This document shows positions 48,419 through 52,534 of a DNA stretch of 52,534 nucleotides, piece after piece; the first letter of the stretch is position 1; every line of letters begins with the position of its first letter. This DNA is from Pseudomonadota bacterium. Lineage in GTDB: Bacteria > Pseudomonadota > Gammaproteobacteria > Burkholderiales > SG8-39. The DNA is taken from assembly GCA_021813275.1 (NCBI GenBank), contig JAKALD010000001.1:1-52534 (forward strand). Reading direction: 5' to 3'. Below the pieces are notes generated by a model. That model made no database searches. It saw nothing but the letters and a program-made list of their open reading frames with translations, and was not told the DNA's origin. The translations under genes and the position numbers were made by a program.

Positions 48419-49570
48419 ATGGGACCGCTTTCCGGCATCCGCGTCCTCGAATTCGAGGCGATCGGCCCGGGGCCGTTCGCGGGAATGATGCTCGCCGACA
48501 TGGGCGCCGACGTGCTGCTCGTCGACCGGCCGGCCTCGTCCGGCCTCGGCCTCGAGCGCGAGCGCTGGAACGACGTGATGCTGCGGGGGCGGCGCTCGGT
48601 GACGCTCGACCTGAAGAGCGCGGGCGGGCGCGACGCCGCGCTCGAATTGGCCTCGCGCGCCGAGGCGCTGATCGAAGGCTTCCGCCCCGGCGTAATGGAG
48701 CGCCTCGGGCTCGGCCCCGGGATCCTGCTTACGCGCAATCCCCGCCTCGTCTACGGCCGCATGACGGGCTGGGGTCAGTCGGGGCCACTTGCGCCGCGCG
48801 CCGGGCACGACATCGACTACATCGCGCTCGCGGGCGTGCTGCACGCCTTCGGTCGCAAGGGCGAAGCGCCCGTCCCCCCTCTTAACCTCGTTGGCGACTT
48901 CGGCGGCGGCGGAATGCTCCTTGCCTTCGGCATCGCCTGCGCGCTCCTCGAGGCGAGCCGCTCCGGCAAGGGCCAGGTGGTCGACGCCGCGATGGTCGAG
49001 GGCGCATCGCTCCTCGCGGCGATGTTCTCCGGATTCCTCGCCGCCGGCCGCTGGAGCGAGGCGCGCGGCGAGAACCTCCTCGACACCGGCGCGCCCTGGT
49101 ACGACGTGTACGAAACGAAGGACGGCAAGCACGTCGCGATCGGCGCGATCGAGCCCAAATTCTTCGAGGAGCTCGTGAGGCGCCTGGGCCTTGCCGGGCT
49201 GCCCGGGCAGAGCGACCGCGCGCGCTGGCCCGAGATGCGCCGCCGCTTCGCCGAGGCGTTCAAGGCGAAGACGCGCGAGGAGTGGTGCGCGGTCTTCGAA
49301 GGCTCGGACGCCTGCTTCGCGCCGGTTCTTTCGTTCAGAGAGGCGCGGCAGCACCCGCACAACCTCGCGCGGCGGAGCTTCGTCACGGTGGGCGAGGTCG
49401 ATCAGCCCGCGCCCGCGCCGCGCTTTTCGCGCACGCCCGGCGCGGTGCGCCGCGCGCCGCCCGAGCGCGGTCAGGGCGGGCGCGCTGCGCTCGCCGACTG
49501 GGGCTTCGGCGACGCCGACATCGCGCGCCTTCGCTCGCTCGGTCTCGGATTCGGCGACGGGCAGGAATAA
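48419..49570 (+). CDS. Family III CoA-transferase (CaiB/BaiF; alpha-methylacyl-CoA racemase-like)
   Basis: 383 aa. The motifs GIRVLEFEAIGPGPFAGMMLADMGADV, GHDIDYIA and D...G are characteristic of the family. Confidence 0.85.
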   Translation: MGPLSGIRVLEFEAIGPGPFAGMMLADMGADVLLVDRPASSGLGLERERWNDVMLRGRRSVTLDLKSAGGRDAALELASRAEALIEGFRPGVMERLGLGPGILLTRNPRLVYGRMTGWGQSGPLAPRAGHDIDYIALAGVLHAFGRKGEAPVPPLNLVGDFGGGGMLLAFGIACALLEASRSGKGQVVDAAMVEGASLLAAMFSGFLAAGRWSEARGENLLDTGAPWYDVYETKDGKHVAIGAIEPKFFEELVRRLGLAGLPGQSDRARWPEMRRRFAEAFKAKTREEWCAVFEGSDACFAPVLSFREARQHPHNLARRSFVTVGEVDQPAPAPRFSRTPGAVRRAPPERGQGGRAALADWGFGDADIARLRSLGLGFGDGQE

Positions 49571-49574
49571 CGCG

Positions 49575-50321
49575 ATGCGCCGCGCGTCCCACGAAGCGAA
49601 AGAATTGCACGGCGCGAACGTCGACTGCAAGAACTGCAGCATGTTCGCGCTCTGCCTGCCGGTCGGGGTCGGCGACGCCGATCTCGATCTGCTCGAGCGC
49701 ATCATCAAGCGCCGCAAGCTCATCCGCCGCGGCGAGGACCTGTTCCGCCGCGGCGATCGCTTCCACGCCGTGTACGCCGTCAAGTCCGGCTCGATCAAGA
49801 CCTTCACGCCCGCCGACCGCAAGACCGTGCAGGTCACGGGATTTCACCTGCCGGGCGAGCTGCTCGGGCTCGACGCGGTCGGCGCGGGTGTCTATCAGTA
49901 CAGCGCCCGGGCGCTCGAGACCGCGAGCCTGTGCGAGGTGCCCTTCGACAAGCTGGAGGGCCTGGGCGCGATCGTGCACGGGGTGCAGCGCCAGATGCTC
50001 AGGATCATGAGCGCGCAGATCCGGCACGACCTGGCGATGCACGCGCTGCACTGCAAGAGCGGCGCCGAGGGGCGGCTCGCGGCCTTTCTCGTCAACCTGT
50101 CGGCGCGCCTGGGCGAGCGCGGGTTCTCGCGCGCCGAGTTCCGCCTGAGCATGTCGCGCGCCGACATCGGCAACTACCTCGGCCTCGCGAAGGAAACGGT
50201 GAGCCGGCTGTTCACGCAGTTCCAGGAGCGCCAGCTCATCTCGGTGAAGCGCAAGTCCCTGCGCGTCCACGACCTTTACCGCCTCGAGGCGCTCGCCGGC
50301 TTGCACCTCGCTGGCGCCTGA
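49575..50321 (+). CDS. fnr: FNR-type (Crp/Fnr family) oxygen-responsive transcriptional regulator
   Basis: 248 aa after trimming to MRRASHEA. The N-terminal Cys cluster is CKNCSMFALC (C-x2-C-x5-C), and a fourth Cys lies in ASLCEVPF. The DNA-recognition helix is ETVSR. It is alignable by eye with E. coli FNR. Confidence 0.85.
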   Translation: MRRASHEAKELHGANVDCKNCSMFALCLPVGVGDADLDLLERIIKRRKLIRRGEDLFRRGDRFHAVYAVKSGSIKTFTPADRKTVQVTGFHLPGELLGLDAVGAGVYQYSARALETASLCEVPFDKLEGLGAIVHGVQRQMLRIMSAQIRHDLAMHALHCKSGAEGRLAAFLVNLSARLGERGFSRAEFRLSMSRADIGNYLGLAKETVSRLFTQFQERQLISVKRKSLRVHDLYRLEALAGLHLAGA

Positions 50322-50380
50322 GCGCCGCGCCCTCGCCGCGCGCGGCGCTGAAGGAGGCGCCCGGCGCCGGGCGCTGCGAA

Positions 50381-50398
50381 TGGTGACGCAGATCACCA
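50381..50398. promoter_or_regulatory. Crp/Fnr-type palindrome TGGTGA-N6-TCACCA upstream of coxB
   Basis: It has perfect 6-bp inverted arms around a TGA-N6-TCA core. It lies about 100 nt upstream of the coxB start and directly downstream of fnr. Confidence 0.4.
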
Positions 50399-50496
50399 AA
50401 CGTCTTCGATGCGATTGAGCGCGCGGCGCTCCTCGGGAATCCTCCACGGTCGGCTCGCGCGAGCGCGCCGCACATCGACCCGAAGAACAGGACGCC

Positions 50497-51714
50497 ATGC
50501 TCAAGCACCCACGGCTGCTGCCGCGCGCCGCAGCACTCGGCGCGCTCCTCGCCGCGCCGCTCGCGCGCGCGCGTAACCCCTTCGAGTTCCAGGCGCCTGT
50601 CACGCCGGTCGCCCGCGAGACGCTGTACGTCCACAACCTGTTCCTCGTGATCATCGCGATCCTGTTCGTCCTCGGAATGAGCTTCCTGCTCTATTCCGTA
50701 TACCGGCACCGCAAGAGCCGCGGCCACCAACCCGCGACCTTCACCGGGCCGACCCGCCGCAGGCAGTGGGTGTGGATCGCGCTGCCCTTCGTCGCGCTCG
50801 TGTTCATCGACTACGTCGTGATGGGAATCCCCGCGTATCACGCGGCAATCGCCATGGCCGACACCCGCGACGACGCCAAGCTGGTGGTGAAGGCGACCGG
50901 CAGCCAGTGGAAATGGCAGTACGAGTACCCCGGCGAGCACGTCCGGTACAGCAGCACCCTCGCCACGCCTGCGGACCAGTTCGACGGGCGCGCGCCCAAG
51001 GACCCGAACTACCTGCTCGAGGTCGATCATCCGCTGGTGCTGCCGGTGGGCGAGAAGGTGCGGATTCTCCTCACCTCGACCGACGTGATCCACAGCTGGT
51101 GGGTGCCCGCCTTCGGGGTGAAGCAGGACGCCGTACCCGGGTTCCTGCGCGAGACCTGGGTGAAGATCGACAAGCCCGGGGTGTACCGCGGCCAGTGCGC
51201 CGAGCTGTGCGGGGTCGGCCACGCCTATATGCCGATCGTGGTCGTCGCGAAGGCCGAGCCCGAATTCCGCGCGTGGCTCGCGAAGACACGGGCCGCCGAG
51301 GCTGCGGCGGCCGCCGAGCCGGCGAAGACGCTGAGCCTCGAAGAGCTGCGCGCGCGAGGCAATTCGGTCTACGAGAAGAACTGCAGCGCCTGCCACCAGG
51401 CGAACGGCCTCGGCATAGCCGGTACCTTCCCGCCGCTCGCCGGCGGCCACCCGTTCTCCGCGCCCGCGGCCATGACCTCGGCGCTCGAGCAGCGCGGCTT
51501 CTACCGCGACGGCAAGATCGTCCTCGGGCCCGTCGCGAAGCACCTCGACATCGTGCTGCACGGCATCCCCGGCACCCCCATGGCGGCCTTCGGCGCGCAG
51601 CTCTCCGACGCCGACATCGCCGCGGTCGTCACCTACGAGCGCAACGACTTCGGCAACCACACGGGCGAAGCGGTGCAGGCGGCCGACGTGCGCGCGGCGC
51701 GCGCCGCGAAGTAG
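50497..51714 (+). CDS. coxB: Cytochrome c oxidase subunit II with C-terminal cytochrome c domain
   Basis: 405 aa. It has a signal/anchor segment and two transmembrane helices. The CuA site is HSWWVPAFG...CAELCGVGHAYM. The C-terminal heme c motif is CSACH. Confidence 0.9.
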   Translation: MLKHPRLLPRAAALGALLAAPLARARNPFEFQAPVTPVARETLYVHNLFLVIIAILFVLGMSFLLYSVYRHRKSRGHQPATFTGPTRRRQWVWIALPFVALVFIDYVVMGIPAYHAAIAMADTRDDAKLVVKATGSQWKWQYEYPGEHVRYSSTLATPADQFDGRAPKDPNYLLEVDHPLVLPVGEKVRILLTSTDVIHSWWVPAFGVKQDAVPGFLRETWVKIDKPGVYRGQCAELCGVGHAYMPIVVVAKAEPEFRAWLAKTRAAEAAAAAEPAKTLSLEELRARGNSVYEKNCSACHQANGLGIAGTFPPLAGGHPFSAPAAMTSALEQRGFYRDGKIVLGPVAKHLDIVLHGIPGTPMAAFGAQLSDADIAAVVTYERNDFGNHTGEAVQAADVRAARAAK

Positions 51715-51742
51715 CCCTAACACCCGTCACGAAGGAGCCTCC

Positions 51743-52534
51743 ATGAGCCAGGCGATCGCCCATCACGCGCACGACGAGCACGGCCCGCGCGGCCTCGCGC
51801 GCTGGCTGACCACCACCAACCACAAGGACATCGGCGCCATGTACATGATCTTCGGCGCGTCGATGTTCCTCGTCGGCGGGCTGCTCGCCATGCTGATCCG
51901 GGCGGAGCTGTTCGAGCCCGGGCTGCAGGTCCTCGAGCCCGAGCTGTACAACCAGTTGATCACGCTGCACGGCCTGGTGATGGTGTTCGCTGCGCTCATG
52001 CCGTTCACCGCCGGCCTCGCGAACTACCTCATTCCGCTCATGATCGGCGCGCCCGACATGGCGCTGCCGCGGCTCAACAACTGGGGCTTCTGGCTGCTTC
52101 TGCCGGCCGCGATCCTGCTCCTCATGCCCTTCGGGCTCGAGCTCGCCGGCATCGGCAGCGGGCCGATCGACACCGGCTGGACGATCTACGCGCCGCTCTC
52201 GGTGCAAAGCGGCCTGGGCGTGGACTTCGCGGGGCTCGCCGTGTTCCTGCTCGGGGCCTCGTCGCTCGCCGCCTCGATCAACATCATCGTCACGGTGTTC
52301 AACATGCGCGCCCCCGGCATGACGCTGATGAAGCTGCCGATCTTCGTCTGGGGCTGGCTGGTGACGGCGTTCCTGCTGATCGCCGTGTTCCCCGCGCTCG
52401 TCGCGGGCGTGGCGATGCTGGTCGCCGACCGCCACTTCGGCACGCACTTCTTCAATCCCGCCGGCGGCGGCGACCCGGTGCTGTGGCAACACCTGTTCTG
52501 GTTCTTCGGGCACCCGGAGGTCTACATCCTGCTG
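51743..52534 (+). CDS. ctaD: Cytochrome c oxidase subunit I (N-terminal part; continues beyond the window)
   Basis: It is not in the ORF track because the frame stays open to the window edge. An AAGGAG ribosome-binding site is followed by ATG at 51743. The translation MSQAIAHH...TTNHKDIGAMYMIFG...LHGLVMVF...WFFGHPEVYILL is the classic heme-copper oxidase subunit I sequence. Confidence 0.9.
   Translation, partial: MSQAIAHHAHDEHGPRGLARWLTTTNHKDIGAMYMIFGASMFLVGGLLAMLIRAELFEPGLQVLEPELYNQLITLHGLVMVFAALMPFTAGLANYLIPLMIGAPDMALPRLNNWGFWLLLPAAILLLMPFGLELAGIGSGPIDTGWTIYAPLSVQSGLGVDFAGLAVFLLGASSLAASINIIVTVFNMRAPGMTLMKLPIFVWGWLVTAFLLIAVFPALVAGVAMLVADRHFGTHFFNPAGGGDPVLWQHLFWFFGHPEVYILL

Overview
The window is very GC-rich chromosomal DNA, probably from a high-GC proteobacterium; the FNR, CoxB-cytochrome c fusion and LivGF gene content looks beta-proteobacterial, but that guess is low confidence. 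It is densely packed with catabolic operons. I found no rRNA, tRNA, CRISPR array, transposase or integrase. Many long ORFs in the six-frame track are Arg/Ala/Gly/Pro-rich antisense or out-of-frame shadows caused by GC content. Several real genes appear in the track with false N-terminal extensions, which I trimmed to internal starts. I call about 55 protein genes, in this order: livGF, a beta-oxidation trio, a DUF4143 AAA ATPase, a REC-adenylate/guanylate cyclase, an alcohol/aldehyde dehydrogenase pair, vapBC, thrH, three NitT/TauT-type ABC importers with dehydrogenases, two LacI regulators plus one GntR and one IclR regulator, acyl-CoA dehydrogenases, GST, MscS, a family III CoA-transferase, fnr and coxBA. 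The most unusual content is three adjacent operons between about 13.2 and 31.3 kb. The first is an ABC importer followed by a biotin carrier, a 5S-type carboxyltransferase and an ADP-forming acyl-CoA synthetase, with no biotin carboxylase in the window. The second is a LacI-headed operon with TPP-dependent E1 alpha/beta, a free-standing 80-aa lipoyl carrier and an HSL-type esterase, with no E2 core and no E3. The third is a LacI-controlled SDR/ABC/beta-hydroxyacid dehydrogenase operon. An identical 13-nt operator-like motif occurs at the first and second loci. Other observations: a convergent, paralogous ABC cluster carrying a HisD-paralogue/SDR/Zn-ADH trio that resembles hpsNOP; a vapBC cassette flanked by a 79-bp duplicated 3' end of the aldehyde dehydrogenase gene; and a phased pair of 17-bp palindromes over the promoter of the DUF4143 ATPase. 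All functional calls rest on motif recognition by eye and none has been checked against a database.
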